Below, piece after piece: positions 22,767 to 35,948 of a stretch of DNA of 64,000 nt. The first letter of the stretch is position 1. Every line of letters begins with the position of its first letter. This stretch comes from Dictyostelium discoideum (lineage: Eukaryota). Made by a program: the position numbers and the translations under genes. The stretch spans positions 3,040,001 to 3,104,000 of the forward strand of contig CM000153.2 in assembly GCA_000004695.1 (NCBI GenBank), in the 5' to 3' direction. The notes under the pieces were generated by a model, which worked only from the letters and a program-made list of their open reading frames with translations, searched no databases and had not been told where the DNA came from.

Positions 22767-23831
22767 TTAAAATAACCAATACAAATTAATGATGAAAATA
22801 ATACTTACAGGTAACCTAGTTGATTTTTCGATATAAATTGATCTTTCTTCATTTTCATCATCATTATATTGATGATTAATCATTAATTGATGATTTGGTA
22901 CCATTGACCAAGCTTCACCTAGAGCGGCTTTATTATCAAAACTATTACCACCAACTGTATTATTTGTAATTAGAAATATGATTTGATAAGTGTCTGCTAT
23001 ATATTTAATTAATCTTGAAATCATCATCATTGTATAATGACCTTGAGTTTGTTTACCACCAATTATTGGTGCTAATAATGTACCAATTGAATCTATAACA
23101 ACCATTTTTAAACCTTTATAAAATTGATTTTCAAATGTTGGTATTTCATCTGAAATTATACTCAATGTACTATCGATTGTACTTAATAATTCTAATAATG
23201 TTATTGAATCAAAACAATTGAATACTTTAATTCTATCTAAAATTTTTAAAATTTTATCTTGTTCAATTTTATCATTATTTTCTTGTTGCTTTTGATGTTG
23301 TTTTTGTTGTTGTTTTTGTTGTTGTTTTTGTCGTTGTTTTATTAAATAATTTGATTTAAAAATTTCAATTAATCTTGGTGGTGAAAATGAATTTGAACTA
23401 TCAATATAAATTATATTTGAATTATATTGTTGTGATAAATTTAAAGAACAACACATTGAAATTTGAGTTTTACCACATGATGTATTACCAACCAATTCAT
23501 AGATTTCACCACTTGTAAAACCATTACCACCTAATAATTGATCTAATAATTTAATACCACTTGAATAATGTGTTTTAAATTCTTTAACATCTAAATAATG
23601 TTGGTATCCATTTATTGGTACTGATGAAAATAATCTTTGTAAATTTCTTTGTATTAAAGTAACAGTTTCAATTGGTATAGATGTATTCCTTTGAATTTGA
23701 TATGCATCTGAAAATAATATTAAATCAATCATTGGATATCCATTATTTTCAAATTTAATTACATTATCTTCGCTTAAACATTGTGTTTGATAAAATCTAA
23801 CTTCTAGTCCTGATATACTTTCTTCTTCCAT
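22767..23831 (-). CDS. RAD51 paralog (RecA-like ATPase; XRCC2/XRCC3/RAD51D-type). The C-terminal end is not resolved: a GTAAGT donor at about 22802 predicts a short terminal exon.
   Basis: LLGGNGFTSGEIYELVGNTSCGKTQISMCCSLNL (Walker A GxxxxGKT plus the RecA-like context), Walker B-like ...MVVIDSIG, and ...ALGEAWSMVPNHQLMI typical of Rad51 paralogs. A Gln/Lys repeat insertion (QKQQQKQQQKQHQKQQ) is present. The ORF tail VSIIFIINLYWLF is intronic. Confidence 0.65.
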   Translation of the reverse strand: MEEESISGLEVRFYQTQCLSEDNVIKFENNGYPMIDLILFSDAYQIQRNTSIPIETVTLIQRNLQRLFSSVPINGYQHYLDVKEFKTHYSSGIKLLDQLLGGNGFTSGEIYELVGNTSCGKTQISMCCSLNLSQQYNSNIIYIDSSNSFSPPRLIEIFKSNYLIKQRQKQQQKQQQKQHQKQQENNDKIEQDKILKILDRIKVFNCFDSITLLELLSTIDSTLSIISDEIPTFENQFYKGLKMVVIDSIGTLLAPIIGGKQTQGHYTMMMISRLIKYIADTYQIIFLITNNTVGGNSFDNKAALGEAWSMVPNHQLMINHQYNDDENEERSIYIEKSTRLPVSIIFIINLYWLF

Positions 23832-24117
23832 TTTAATTTAATTATTAATTGTTATTATATATGTGAATGTTAATTTTAGTTTTAGTACAACCAAAAAAAT
23901 AAAAAAAAAAATAAAAAGGAAAATTCATAAAAAAAAAAAAAAAAAAAAGAAAATTAATAAAAAAAAAAATAAAAAATTTGGAAATCTAAAAATTCTTTGA
24001 AATTATTTTTTTTTTTTTTAACTTATTTTATTTACACGAATCTATTTTTATATTTTTGTATTTATTTTTTTATTTATTTTTTTTTTTTTTTTTTTAATGT
24101 TTTAAAGAATTTCAAAT

Positions 24118-24901
24118 TTATTTACCACCATTATGTTGATAAGCTTGGTAATCGAATTTTTCTTTCTCAAATTGAGCTTCTAATAATTTACCATTTTCTT
24201 CCATTCTTGCATTCTTTGTTAAATGACCAACTTTTTCTTTGAGAATACCTTTAACATGTTTAACTTGAGATGGTTTATGAGGTTCAACATAATGATCACC
24301 AGTCTTGGCAGCATTTGTTTTTGTACCCATTCTAGAGGTATCATTTAATGTTGATGCATTTGCAGCAGTTGGATTAGTGGAAGCAGTTGTTGAAGTTGGT
24401 TTTAATGGAGCATTTGTAGTATTAGCAGTTGTTGAAGTTGGTTTTAATGGAGCATTTGTAGTGTTAGCGGTTGTTGTATTATTTGCAGATGTACCTAATG
24501 GCTTGGCAGTTGCCTTATCAGTTGGATGAACCTTTTCTTTAATTCTATCGAATAAAGTTGGTTCTTTAAAGTCTACCTTTTTCAAATGACCTTTTTGGTT
24601 AGCCAATTGAGTACTTAATGGACCTTTGGATGTATCGTTTAATGGATATCTTGTAACTGGTGGTAATGGTGGAGCTGTTGGAATATTGGTTGACATTGGA
24701 ACTGAACCACTTGAAAGATTATCAGTACTATTCCATTTTGGTGCATCTCCTGGAATTTCAGTCTTTGTTTCTCTTACTGTTGTAAAACTTGAATTATCTG
24801 GGAATTGTTTTTCTTCCCAAACTTTTTTTTAAAAAAAAAAAAAAAATAAAAAAATATATAAATTTTAGTATTTTTTCAAATTTTAATTAATTGTTTAGAG
24901 A

Positions 24902-24932
<31 letters not shown>

Positions 24933-25099
24933 CAAAAATTTAAAATTAAATTACCTTTTTCAGTTTTAATAATTTTTTCATTTGCCATTAAAGGTTTTGG
25001 TGAAGTTTCAACAGCAGTTGAAAAAATGTTTGGTGAATTTGTTGGTTGGTATACAAAAGTATTACCTTGTTCTTTTGCAACTTTATATTGTGATGTCAT
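24118..25099 (-). CDS. Hypothetical Thr/Asn-rich protein. Two exons: 25099..24948 and ~24829..24118. The C-terminus has a dehydrin/LEA-like Lys-rich segment (HVKGILKEKVGHLTKN).
   Basis: ATG at 25099 (MTSQYKVAKEQGNTFVYQPTNSPNIF...IIKTEK), GTAATT donor, T-rich intron, acceptor aaaaaaaaag, then VWEEKQFPDNSSF...STNIPTAPPLPPV... in phase. Contains imperfect 17-aa repeats NTTNAPLKPTSTTA. Confidence 0.5.
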
Positions 25100-25809
25100 T
25101 TTTAAAAAATATTTATTTACAAATTATCTTTTTAATATTTATTTCAATAAAAAAAATGAATTGGAAATTTAAATTAATATTTTTTTTTTCTTTTTAAACT
25201 TTTTTTTTTTCTCTTTTTTTTTGTTTAGATTAAAAAAAAGATTGATTTTTCTTTCTCTTTTTAAAAAAAAAATCCTTTTATGAAAGTATTAGATTATAAT
25301 TATAATAATATCTAAAAAAGGAAAAAAAAGGAAAAATAAAAAAACAATAAAAAAAAAATTAAAAATAAAAAAATAAAAATAAAAAAAATTAGTTTTGTTT
25401 TAAATTAATTAAAAAAAAAAAAAATAAAAATAAAAATAAAAACAAAAATAAAAATTATTTTTAGATCTTTTTTTTTTTTATAATAATTTAAGTAATTTCA
25501 ATTATCATTTTAAAAAAAAAAAAAAAATAAATAAAAAAAATAAAAAAAATGAAAAAGTTCTAAAAAGAAAGAAGTTCATTATTTGAAATAATGAGTATGA
25601 GATAATTTATATATTTTTTTTTTTTTAAATTTTTTATTTATTTTTTTTTTTTTTTTTATTATTTACTTTTATTTATTTTTATTTTTTATTTTTTTTTTTT
25701 ATTTTTTTAAAAAAAGGTTTTATAAAAGGATTTAGTTTTTTTTTTTTTGTTTTTTTTTTTTGTTTTTTTTTCTGTTTAATTTTTTTTTTTTTTTGTTTTT
25801 TTTTTTTAA

Positions 25810-26424
25810 TCAAGGATTCAATGGTACAATTGGTTGATGAGATATTTCAGAAGAATTCGATTGTTGGGGACTTGTAGTTCCTAAATTATTGCTATTATTA
25901 TTGCTAGTAGGTAATGGTGGTGATACTACTGGTGGTACAACAGACGAAGCATTAGTTGGTAGGATTGGAGAGGAATTTGGCATTGGTTGATTTGGTGACA
26001 CTCCTCCTGTACCATTGAGATTGGTATTGGTATTTATGATACCACCTTGAGGTATTTGTGTATAACCGGTTAAACCCTCTTGTTTAATGGTTGGTGAACT
26101 ATGAGTTGGTGAAGATCCCATTTGTTGTTGAAGTTGTTGAGCTTGTTGTTGTTGTTGTTGAGCTTGTTGCATTTGTTGGAATTGCATTAATTGTTGTGGT
26201 GTATATTGAGGTTGTTGTTGTTGTTGTTGTTGTTGTGGTTGTTGCATTTGTTGTAATTGAGGTTGTTGTAATTGTTGCTGTTGTAATTGTTGTTGTTGTA
26301 ATTGTTGTTGTTGTAATTGTTGTTGTTGTAATTGTTGTTGTTGTAATTGTTGAACTTGTTGTTGGTGTTGTTGTTGTAAGTGTTGTTGTTGTTGTGGTTG
26401 TTGTTGTTGTTGTTGTTGTTGTGG

Positions 26425-26473
<49 letters not shown>

Positions 26474-26543
26474 GGTTGTTGTTGTTGTGAGTTACCACTA
26501 TTATTTGAAGAGGTAATTTGTTGTTTTATTGGTATATCACCCA

Positions 26544-26578
<35 letters not shown>

Positions 26579-27048
26579 GCTTGTTCACTTCCTGGTGTAT
26601 TTGTAGCCATTTTGAAGTCACATTCTACTCTGGTATCTCTGATTGAAATGATGAATGTAACTTTTTGATATTCATGTATGGCGACGTCTGCAGGATTGTT
26701 TGAATCCTTTTTCTCAACCTTTTTTTTAACCCATTCTTTACCACTTGAAAGTGTTGGAAAACCAGATCTAGCATTAAAAGTAAAGTATAAATGTTGTACC
26801 ATAACTTTTTCATTATTAATAAAGGCTGGACGCTCTTTGGTATAGCTTCTCCAATATCTAAAGGTAGAGAAATGCTCTCTAAACAATTCTACTGGTAAAC
26901 AACCTAACGGTACACCTTTAACTGTTTTTCCAAATCCATTCTCTAAACGATCTTGAAGAATGGTATGTGCCACCTCTAGAAACTCTTGTAATCTAATTTG
27001 TTTATAAAGTGTTGTAAAATAACTTCTATCAATTAATTGATCATCCAT
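25810..27048 (-). CDS. Hypothetical poly-Gln-rich nuclear-type protein with a structured N-terminal domain of about 150 aa followed by more than 150 residues of Q/LQQQQ repeats. No confident family.
   Basis: ORF MDDQLIDRSYFTTLYKQIRLQEFLEVAHTILQDRLENGFGKTVKGVPLGCLPVELFREHF... followed by (CAA/CAG)n and a 15-bp periodic (tgtaattgttgttgt)x6 array at about 26270..26355. Confidence 0.5.
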
Positions 27049-27062
27049 TATTTCTCTCTCTT

Positions 27063-27094
<32 letters not shown>

Positions 27095-27166
27095 TTTTTT
27101 CTTCTTTTTTAATATTTTATATTTCTTTTTTTTTTTTTTTTTTTACTTTTATTAATTATTTAATTG

Positions 27167-27202
<36 letters not shown>

Positions 27203-27294
27203 CGAGACCTTTTTTTATATTATTTGTTTAAGCTTGGTAGAGTAAAATTGATTTTTAAAAAAAAAAAAAAGGATGGAAGGGATGAAAATTTAAA

Positions 27295-27330
<36 letters not shown>

Positions 27331-28069
27331 TAATTTTTTTTTTTTTTTTTTTAATTTTTTAAAAAAAAAATTATATGCAAGAAAAAAAAAAGAAATGTTA
27401 GTAAAATATATAGTAAACTATTATATAAAATTAAATATTCATTGCATTTTTTAAAAAAAAAAAATTTAAAAATGAAAAATAAAAAATAAAAAAAAAAAAA
27501 AAAAAAAGGTAATAGGGTGGTTTTTAATTTAATTATTAAAGAAAGAAAATTAATAAAGAAATAGAAATAAATTTATAAAGAAATTCTTTATATAAATTTT
27601 TTAAAAAAAAAAAAAAACAATTCCTCTTTATTTTTTTTTATTATATTTTAAGAAAAAAAAAAAAAAACAAATTAAAGTAAAAATATTGCAATTTTCATAG
27701 AGTATTTAATTTAATATTAAATTTACCTTTTTTTTTTAATTTTTTTTTTTTTTTAAATAAATTAACAAAAAAAAATAAATAAAAATAACAAAAAAAAAAA
27801 AAAAATAAAATTTGTTTTTTCAATTTTTTCAATTTTTTTTTTTTTTTTTTTTAATTTTTTTTTTTAAAAATTTTTTTTGGGTTTAACGGCCATAAAAAAA
27901 AAAATTAAAAAAAATTAAAAAAAAAATTTGAAAAAAAAAAAAAAATTTGAAAAATTTCAAAAAAAAAAATTAAAAAAAATTAAAAAATTAAAAAAAAAAA
28001 AAAATGTTGTATAGAGTATTTTATATCACATTCAAATACTTATAAAAAAAAAAGAAAAATTCAAAAAAA

Positions 28070-28424
28070 ATGAGCAAACGAAGTGGAAGAGACGAATCCA
28101 TTGTTCCTTCATCATTTAAACACGCAAGAGCATGTACTGAATGTGGTCTTGTTAAATCAGCTCAACAATTTGAAGATAATGGTTGTGAAAATTGTTCATC
28201 ATCATCTTCATCAACAACTCAAAACTTTGAAGGGTAATTTATTATTTATTTTATTTTTATTATTATTTTTATTATTTAAATAAATTCTAACTTTTTATTT
28301 ATTTATTTTTAGTATTATTGCCATTATGAACCCAAAAGAAAGTTGGATTGCTAGAAGATTACAATTTGAAAGAAGAGTACCAGGTCTCTATGCATTAAGT
28401 ATGGATTCAGATACAAGAAGATAA
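28070..28424 (+). CDS. spt4: Transcription elongation factor Spt4 (DSIF small subunit). Two exons: 28070..28233 and 28304..28424.
   Basis: MSKRSGRDESIVPSSFKHARACTECGLVKSAQQFEDNGCENC (C-x2-C...C-x2-C zinc ribbon) ... splice GG|GTAATT to TTTTAG ... GIIAIMNPKESWIARRLQFERRVPGLYALSMDSDTRR*. The NGN-binding motif is collinear with Spt4. Confidence 0.85.
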
Positions 28425-28652
28425 AAAAAAAAAAAAAAAAACAATAATAATATTCATAAAATTTAAAACACAAATATGCGAAAATCCGACCCAACACTAG
28501 TTTATTCAAACCCCCACATTTTGTACATAATAAATACCCACACACCTCATACATAAATTTACAATTTACCAGATCCATTTTAATTAAAAAATGGATAAAT
28601 ACCATTACATAAACAAATAAATACAAATACAATAATAATCTTATTTTATTTT

Positions 28653-28758
<106 letters not shown>

Positions 28759-28984
28759 AAAAGAAAATAAAAAAACAAATAAAAAAGAATATCTTACTTG
28801 TTTTAAACAGTAATATTTTGTATTCCTAAAGAAAACACTTTTTTTTATTTATATTTTATGTACAATTTATTATTATTTTATTATTATTTTTAAAAAAAAA
28901 GAAAAAGAAATGAATGACATTCGATTACTATTATTGTTATTGTGGTTTTACATTCAGTGATTAAGCCCCTTTTTTTTTTTTTTT

Positions 28985-29280
28985 TTAACTTTTAATTGCT
29001 TTATAAAATATATTATAAGAATTATCTAAATCGAATAATAATTGCCTTGATTGATCATCATCCAATTCATCAGTTGCTTTCATTTGATTTAAAATTGAAA
29101 TCCAATTTTTAATTTTTTCTTTTCCTTCAAAAGTTGGACCTAACCATTGATTTTTATTTAAGCTTTCCATTAAATCACTTAAAAGTGGATAAATACCATC
29201 AACTGATACAAGTTTTAATCTAATTGAATCCATTGTTGTAATAAATAATTGTACTGCTTCAGCAACATTTCTATTTATAG

Positions 29281-29311
<31 letters not shown>

Positions 29312-29802
29312 TAAAAAAATAATAATTAGTAATTTGTTAATTTTAAAAAAGAAAGGAAGAAGGGGGAGAGAGAAAGAGAAATTAATATAATAATAATAAA
29401 AAACATACTTTGCCATTGCAGAATCAGTTGAAGATTCATTTGTATTATGTTCTAATGTTGATGGAAAACCTTTTATAACTAATCTATCAAAAGCTGCTTT
29501 ACAATTTAAATCATAATCTTTCATGAATTGACCAACATTTGAAACTTGATCCTTTAAGAGTGTTTGAGATGATTTAAATTGTGCAATTAATTTTGAACAT
29601 GCTGTTGTATAATCTTTTGGTGAAACATCATCACGAATATATGCTTTCTCTAAATGTTCTGTTACTTTAATGATTGAATATAACTCTGCTAAATTCTCAT
29701 ACATCTCTCTTTCAATATTATTATTAAATAATTTAACTTCTTTTATATTTTGAAAACTATTTTGACTCTTTAAATTTATCATATTTTCAAATTGTTTATT
29801 AC

Positions 29803-29845
<43 letters not shown>

Positions 29846-30104
29846 TGTACTATTATTATTATTATTATTATTAGTATTACTATTATTTAATGTTGGTGGA
29901 CCTCTAATTAATAATAATAAAAAAAAAAAAAAAAAAAAAAAGAATATTAAATTATTAGTAAAATAAAAGAATAAAAAAATAAAAAAATAAAGTTAAAATA
30001 AATGTATTTTTAACTTACAAAGGTGAGGATGATAAAGGACTATTATTAAATGAATAAGGAGGTGGTGGTTCACCAAAATTATTATTACTATTATTTATAT
30101 TCAT
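28985..30104 (-). CDS. vps28: Vps28 (ESCRT-I subunit) with an Asn-rich N-terminal extension. Three exons: 30104..~30026, ~29908..~29405 and ~29280..28985.
   Basis: ATG at 30104 (MNINNSNNNFGEPPPPYSFNNSPLSSSP), GTAAGT donor; exon 2 ...MINLKSQNSFQNIKEVKLFNNNIEREMYENLAELYSIIKVTEHLEKAYIRDDVSPKDYTTACSKLIAQFK... (Vps28 N-domain); exon 3 ...NRNVAEAVQLFITTMDSIRLKLVSVDGIYPLLSDLMESLNKNQWLG...SYNIFYKAIKS* (Vps28 C-domain). Confidence 0.8.
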
Positions 30105-30130
30105 TCTCTGTAGTTTTTAATATTGTTATT

Positions 30131-30162
<32 letters not shown>

Positions 30163-30353
30163 GGGCAAAATAAAATTAAAAAAAAAAAAAAAAAAAAAAA
30201 TAAATAAATAAAAATAAAAAATAAAAATTCACACAAAGGCTGTCACATTTTTTTTTTTTTTTTTTTTGGATATCCAAAAAACCAAAAAATTCAAGTTTTT
30301 TATTTTTATTTTATTTTTTATTTCTTATATTTTTAAATTATTAAATTATCCAT

Positions 30354-30435
30354 CTAATTGGAAATATAATTATTATCATGTAAATCAGCAGTATTACTAT
30401 TATTGTTGATATCTTCGTTATTATTATTATTATTA

Positions 30436-30491
<56 letters not shown>

Positions 30492-31988
30492 TGAATTAAT
30501 TAAATCTATTGTGGTATTGGGATTATTTAAATTATCCAATTCCTGAAATTCAGTATTGGTTTCTTTTTGAATAGTTTTATTATTATTATTATTTTTAATT
30601 TTAATTTTTGAAATAATTAATTTAAAAATTTTTGACCAATCATCACGAAGTAATTGATATAGAATTATTGAAGAGAAAGTTGCACAACCAATACCATCGA
30701 TTTTTAAATTACCCCATTGAACTACAACATCAATCATACCAGTACCTAAAACAATTGCAATACCAGCTGATAAAAGATTTCTTGGTTTTGAAAAATCAAC
30801 TTGTGCTTCTACCCAAAGTTTAGCACCTGTAATACCAGTGATACCAAATAAAACAATTGATAACCCACCAAAAATACCTGGTGGAATAGTTTGGATTATT
30901 GCTCCGAAAATTGGTAAACATCCTAAAATTATTGCAATAAATGCTGCAATTAAAAATGAAAGTGTTGAAAATATTTTTGTAATACTCATTACACCAATAT
31001 TTTCGGCATATGTTGTTGTACCTATACTTCCACACGAGCCAGCTAAAATACATGCAATTGAGTCACCTAAAAATGTTCTACCAATCATATAATCTAAATT
31101 CTTACCAGTCATTGTACTAACTGCTTTTAAGTGACCAATGTTTTCAGCGGCAAGAATGATTGCAATTGGTGCAATTAATGAAATATAAGTTGATTCGAAA
31201 ACTGGTGCAGTAATTGGTGGTGAGCCAATCCATCTTGAATTACCAACGCCACTAAAATCAATACCTGGTCCGATTTCACCTAACCCAAATAAGAAATATA
31301 ATAGGTATGATGATAATCCTCCAATTAAAATTGGCAATCGTTTAAATGGGCCGGGCGCATAGCATGTTACCATACAAACACATAATACCGTTACCAATGC
31401 CATCCAGGCTTCAAATGCGCTAGTTGCCACTTGATGGATTGCCGATGTTGATAAATGGAACCCAATTGCAACTACCACCGAACCCGTTACCACTGGTGGT
31501 GTTAATACCTCAATCCATTTGGTACCAACGAATATTACAATCAATGAAATGCCTAAATAAACCAAACCACATGACAATATTCCACCTGACGCTTGTGCGA
31601 TATTCGGGTTACTAGAATTGCTACCTGCAATATAAACGAAACCAGTCGCTGAATTTACGACACCAATAAAGGCAAAGGACGACCCTAAATAAGAGGGAAC
31701 TTTACCTCCCGTACATATAAAAAATATAACAGTACCAACACCAGAGAATAGCAATGCAGTGTTTGGTGAGAATCCCATTAATAATGGACCCACAACTGTA
31801 CTTCCAAACATTGCCAACACATGTTGAAATGCTAATAAAATCGTAGGGCCCCATGGAATTCTTTCATCTGGTAATACCCCATTACTATAATCTTGTTTTA
31901 ATTCATAATTTGGAAAATAATTTTTTATACCATTTATAATAATTTTTAAACCATTTTTAATATCTTTTTTATTTCTATTAATAAACAT
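30354..31988 (-). CDS. Nucleobase:cation symporter-2 (NCS2; uracil/xanthine permease) family transporter with a poly-Asn C-terminal tail.
   Basis: Multi-TM ORF with ...LAFQHVLAMFGSTVVGPLLMGF... and ...IGTTTYAENIGVMSITKIFS... The NCS2 signature regions are collinear with UraA/PbuX-type permeases. Confidence 0.8.
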
Positions 31989-32095
31989 ATTATTTTTAAA
32001 ACCTTTTTTATTTCGGATTATTAATAAATATTACTATTTACTTATTAATATAAAAATAAAAATAAAAATAAAATAAAATTAAAAATATATTTGGG

Positions 32096-32126
<31 letters not shown>

Positions 32127-33028
32127 GATTAACAATAGTGGTGTATTTTTTAAATTATAATAAATAATTTTGTTTTTTTAATAATTAAAAAACTAAAAAT
32201 AAAAAAAAATTCTGAATTTGAATTATTTTTTATATTTATTTGAATAAACAATTTTTTTTTATAATAATTAAAAAGAAACTAAAAATAAAAAAAGATTGTA
32301 AATTTGTGTTATTTTTTTTTTTTTTATTTTTTTTTGATTAAAATAAAGATTATATGTATTTGGTAACTCTATTAGTAAAAAACAATGAATTTTTAAAATA
32401 GTAATTTTTTAGTGTATTTTCATAAGACAATATACTTTTTAAACACAACTATATACATATATACATATATATATTAAATTTGATAATGTATTTTTAAATA
32501 TATATAAAAATAAAACATATATATTAAAAATTTTGAATAATTATAATTAACCAAATTTTTTTTTTTATTTATATTTTTTAAATAAAAAAACTATTTTAAA
32601 ATTAAAATTTTTTTTTTTAAAATGATAATACTATCTAGTATGTTTTTTTTCAAGGAGATAAAACTTATACCACATATATTAAATTAATTATTTTTAAAAA
32701 TCGAAAAAAAAAAAAAAAAAAAAAAAATTTTATAAATAAACTAATAATTTATTTTTATATTTATTTACTGGTTATTAGAAATAATTAATATATATTTTTT
32801 TCGATTTCTTTAAAATACCATCGAATTAATATTATAATATTAAAATAGATATTTTTTTCAATTTTTTTAAAATGGAGATTTTAATTATATTTTCTGGCCA
32901 AAAAGGTTATTTAATGTATTAAAATTTATTCTAAATTATTTTTTTTGTAAATTATTAATCATATTTCGATTGCTAATATTTTATATTATAAATTTTATTT
33001 TATATTTTTACAAAGAAAATATCAAATA

Positions 33029-33100
33029 TCCTTGTTGGTCTAGTGGTGAGGATTTTCGCCTGTCACGCGAAAGGCCCGGGTTCAATTCCCGGACAGGGAG
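33029..33100 (+). tRNA. tRNA-Asp (anticodon GUC), 72 nt. Second copy, identical to the minus-strand gene at 17091..17162.
   Basis: TCCTTGTTGGTCTAGTGGTGAGGATTTTCGCCTGTCACGCGAAAGGCCCGGGTTCAATTCCCGGACAGGGAG. The 3' flank shares cttttg...CCGAACTTCG with the other copy. Confidence 0.92.
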
Positions 33101-33213
33101 CTTTTGCTATTTTTTCAAAAACCCGAACTTCGAAAATTTGTAGTTTTTAATTTTTAAAAAAATCTGGACTGAAAATTTTTTAAAAAGGAATACTTATTTA
33201 TAAATTTTAAAAT

Positions 33214-35848
33214 TGACCGAGATTAAGGATAGAAAAGGATGAATTACTTTTCACGTGTATCTTGTATCCTCTTGGTCGCGGTACGGTTTTTTTTTTATAT
33301 TCTATATATATTATCAGACACCTGTCAAAAAAGAAAGGAAAGGAATCATTGAGAGCTTCATAGAGAGTATCTACCCTTCACCATCCAAACCGCAGCTATA
33401 CGACTCCCAAGAGGAGATCGATATCATCTCATAATGGTAGTAATCAAAATCAACCAATGGAATGTCAGAGGTTGGGGCACTGACACCTCCTTCAAAAACA
33501 AAACAGACTTTATCAAATCCCAATCCCCCCCAAACTCATTGGCACTAACCATAGTCAATGAACTCAATGCTGACGCAACACAAGCACACCAGCTATTTCC
33601 TGGCTCCATCATTAGTGCAACCAACAGAGGCAACGGAATAGGAATACTAAACAACAACAACCAAAACATAAAACTCTCACCAATATTCATAATAGAAGGT
33701 AGACTAATAATATCAGACATTCTAATAAAAGATACCACAACGAGAATCTTGGCCATATACGCCCCGGCCCAACTTGATAAAAGAAAAATACTAGCTTCAA
33801 CACTTAACAAACACTTCAACAACCAATACCACAACCTAACGTCTAACCCTAAAAAAAACATCGACATCATAGCAGGTGACTTCAATTGTTTAGACTTCAA
33901 TGACAATCACACATCAAATGACGACCAAGGCAACTTGACAACACAATCCCCAGATGAGATGGCCACAGTAATTGAAGCCATCAGAATTTCAAATAACCTA
34001 ATGGATATGGACCAACTAAATAAAAGACCCACCTTCTCAAGAACGATACACAACACAAACAATAACCTCACAAGAATCTTGGAAAGGAGACTAGACAGAA
34101 TATACCTTAACAATAGCATAATCAACTACAGCCAATTATACTTAAGGAACCTAATCCCCCCAAAAATTAATGACATACCTCTATCAGATCACAACTTCCT
34201 ATCAACCACCTTCACTCTACCCAACATACAGATGAACAAGCGCAGATGGAGATTAAAAAAATCCTCAATCCTCTCAAGCATAATGCTTAAGAAAATAGAC
34301 TTCCTACTTAACGATTATTCAAGAGAGCTGTCATCCAACCATAACTCTATTTCCTTCTCTCAACTCAACAGCTTACTAAACAAAATAAAACAACTATACA
34401 CAGAATTTCTAAAACAAAATGACTACAACAATAAGGCAAACATCAAAAATCTAATCTTCCTACTAGAGACAGAATTTAAAGACCAAGCCTTCGCAACCCT
34501 TTCAGCAATAAATGAATCTAAAAAAAGAGAAGAACAACTTAAACAAGAATTGAACAACTATTGCGAAGAAACCTCACTCAAGTACATCTCCGCGAGAATC
34601 AAGAAAAGACACAATGATTTCACCATCAACGCAGTAAAAGATGCACAAGGTAGAACAATCAACAAACAGGAATTGATCGAAGAAGAATACGTAAAGTATT
34701 ACTCAAATCTTTATGACTACAAAGAAGATGACCCACCATCTCATTATGAAATGTTGGAAAATTGGACAGTGACCAGGGACTCAACATGGGACAACCTTGA
34801 AAATGAATTCACAACACAAGAGATCCTAGAAGTAATAAAACAATTGAACCCACACAAATCTCCAGGCCCAGGTGGAATTCCAAACTTATTCTACATAACA
34901 CACAAAGAAAAACTAGCTCCAATACTGGCCTCAGCATTCAACGACACTCTAAGAAATCCTCATCTAATTAGCAAAAATTACAAAGAAGGCCTCATTATCA
35001 CGATACCTAAAAAGGGAGACCCCGAACTAATCAAAAACAGAAGACCAATTACACTGGCTAACTGTATATATAAAATCCACTCAAAACTAATAAACAATAG
35101 AATAATCCCTATACTAACGAAAGTGATCAACCACAATCAAAAAGGTTTCGTACCAGGCAGATTCATTCTAGATAATATCATATCAATGAACGAATTAATC
35201 AACTACTGTAATGATAAAAGAATTAACGGAATAATTACACTATATGATTTCGAAAAAGCTTTTGACTCGATCTCACACGGTTCAATACTCAGATCACTAC
35301 AACACATATACATTCCAACCAATATAATCAACCTGATAATGAATCTACTCACCAAATCTGAAGCAAGAATTGAAATTAATGGTAGAACTACTATACCCTT
35401 TGAGATCAAAAGAGGAGTCAAACAAGGAGATCCACTATCACCCACCCTGTTCGTCCTTGTAATAGAGGCTTTAGCTAGAAAAATTTTACAAGATGACCGA
35501 ATTACTGGCCTTCCTCTAAACAACAGCAACCACAGAGAGAAATTCCAAAGCTTTGCAGACGACTCGGCTTCAATGGTCCCAGACTCTCAATAACTTGAAT
35601 TAGTACTACAACACTTCAATTCATTTTGCAAAGCCACTTCCTCAAAACTAAACATCGACAAATCTTCATCAATTCTTATAGGCAACCCAGACAATACCAA
35701 CCAAAGAATTCCAATATCTACAAATCCAGAAAGATACTTGGGATACTTCTTCACAGGCAAAGGGATAACAAGAAAAATGCCAGAAATATTAAACACAATA
35801 AGATCATCCTTAGTACTATGGAAAACCACTGACTCAACAATCAAAACC
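33214..35848 (+). mobile_element. Non-LTR (LINE-like) retrotransposon copy A, TRE3-type (tRNA-gene-targeted, 3' side). It begins about 114 bp downstream of tRNA-Asp. It has a ~220-bp 5' leader, an ORF with an APE-type endonuclease and reverse transcriptase (33434..35593), no ORF1, an in-frame TAA at 35591-93, and is interrupted by the assembly gap.
   Basis: ORF MVVIKINQWNVRGWG... (APE N-motif) ... RT motifs ...GIITLYDFEKAFDSISH...FADDSASM... The position relative to the tRNA gene matches the known TRE3 integration preference in Dictyostelium (established knowledge). Antisense and alternate-frame small ORFs in the track are by-products. Confidence 0.75.
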
Positions 35849-35948
35849 NNNNNNNNNNNNNNNNNNNNNNNNNNNNNNNNNNNNNNNNNNNNNNNNNNNN
35901 NNNNNNNNNNNNNNNNNNNNNNNNNNNNNNNNNNNNNNNNNNNNNNNN
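35849..35948. other. Assembly gap (100 N).
   Basis: Run of n characters. Confidence 1.

Noticed and set aside
26091-26516. Val-rich plus ORF and Asn-rich minus ORF
   Set aside because: Out-of-frame or antisense readings of the (CAA)n poly-Gln tract of the gene at 25810..27048.
33424-33906. Small ORFs antisense to or frame-shifted within the retroelement copies (also 35203..35529, 35626..35832, 49866..50144, 49899..50105, 50202..50528, 51054..51380, 51438..51716, 51477..51683)
   Set aside because: They recur in all three copies only because the copies are near-identical. Their composition is non-protein-like and no family-level conservation can be asserted.
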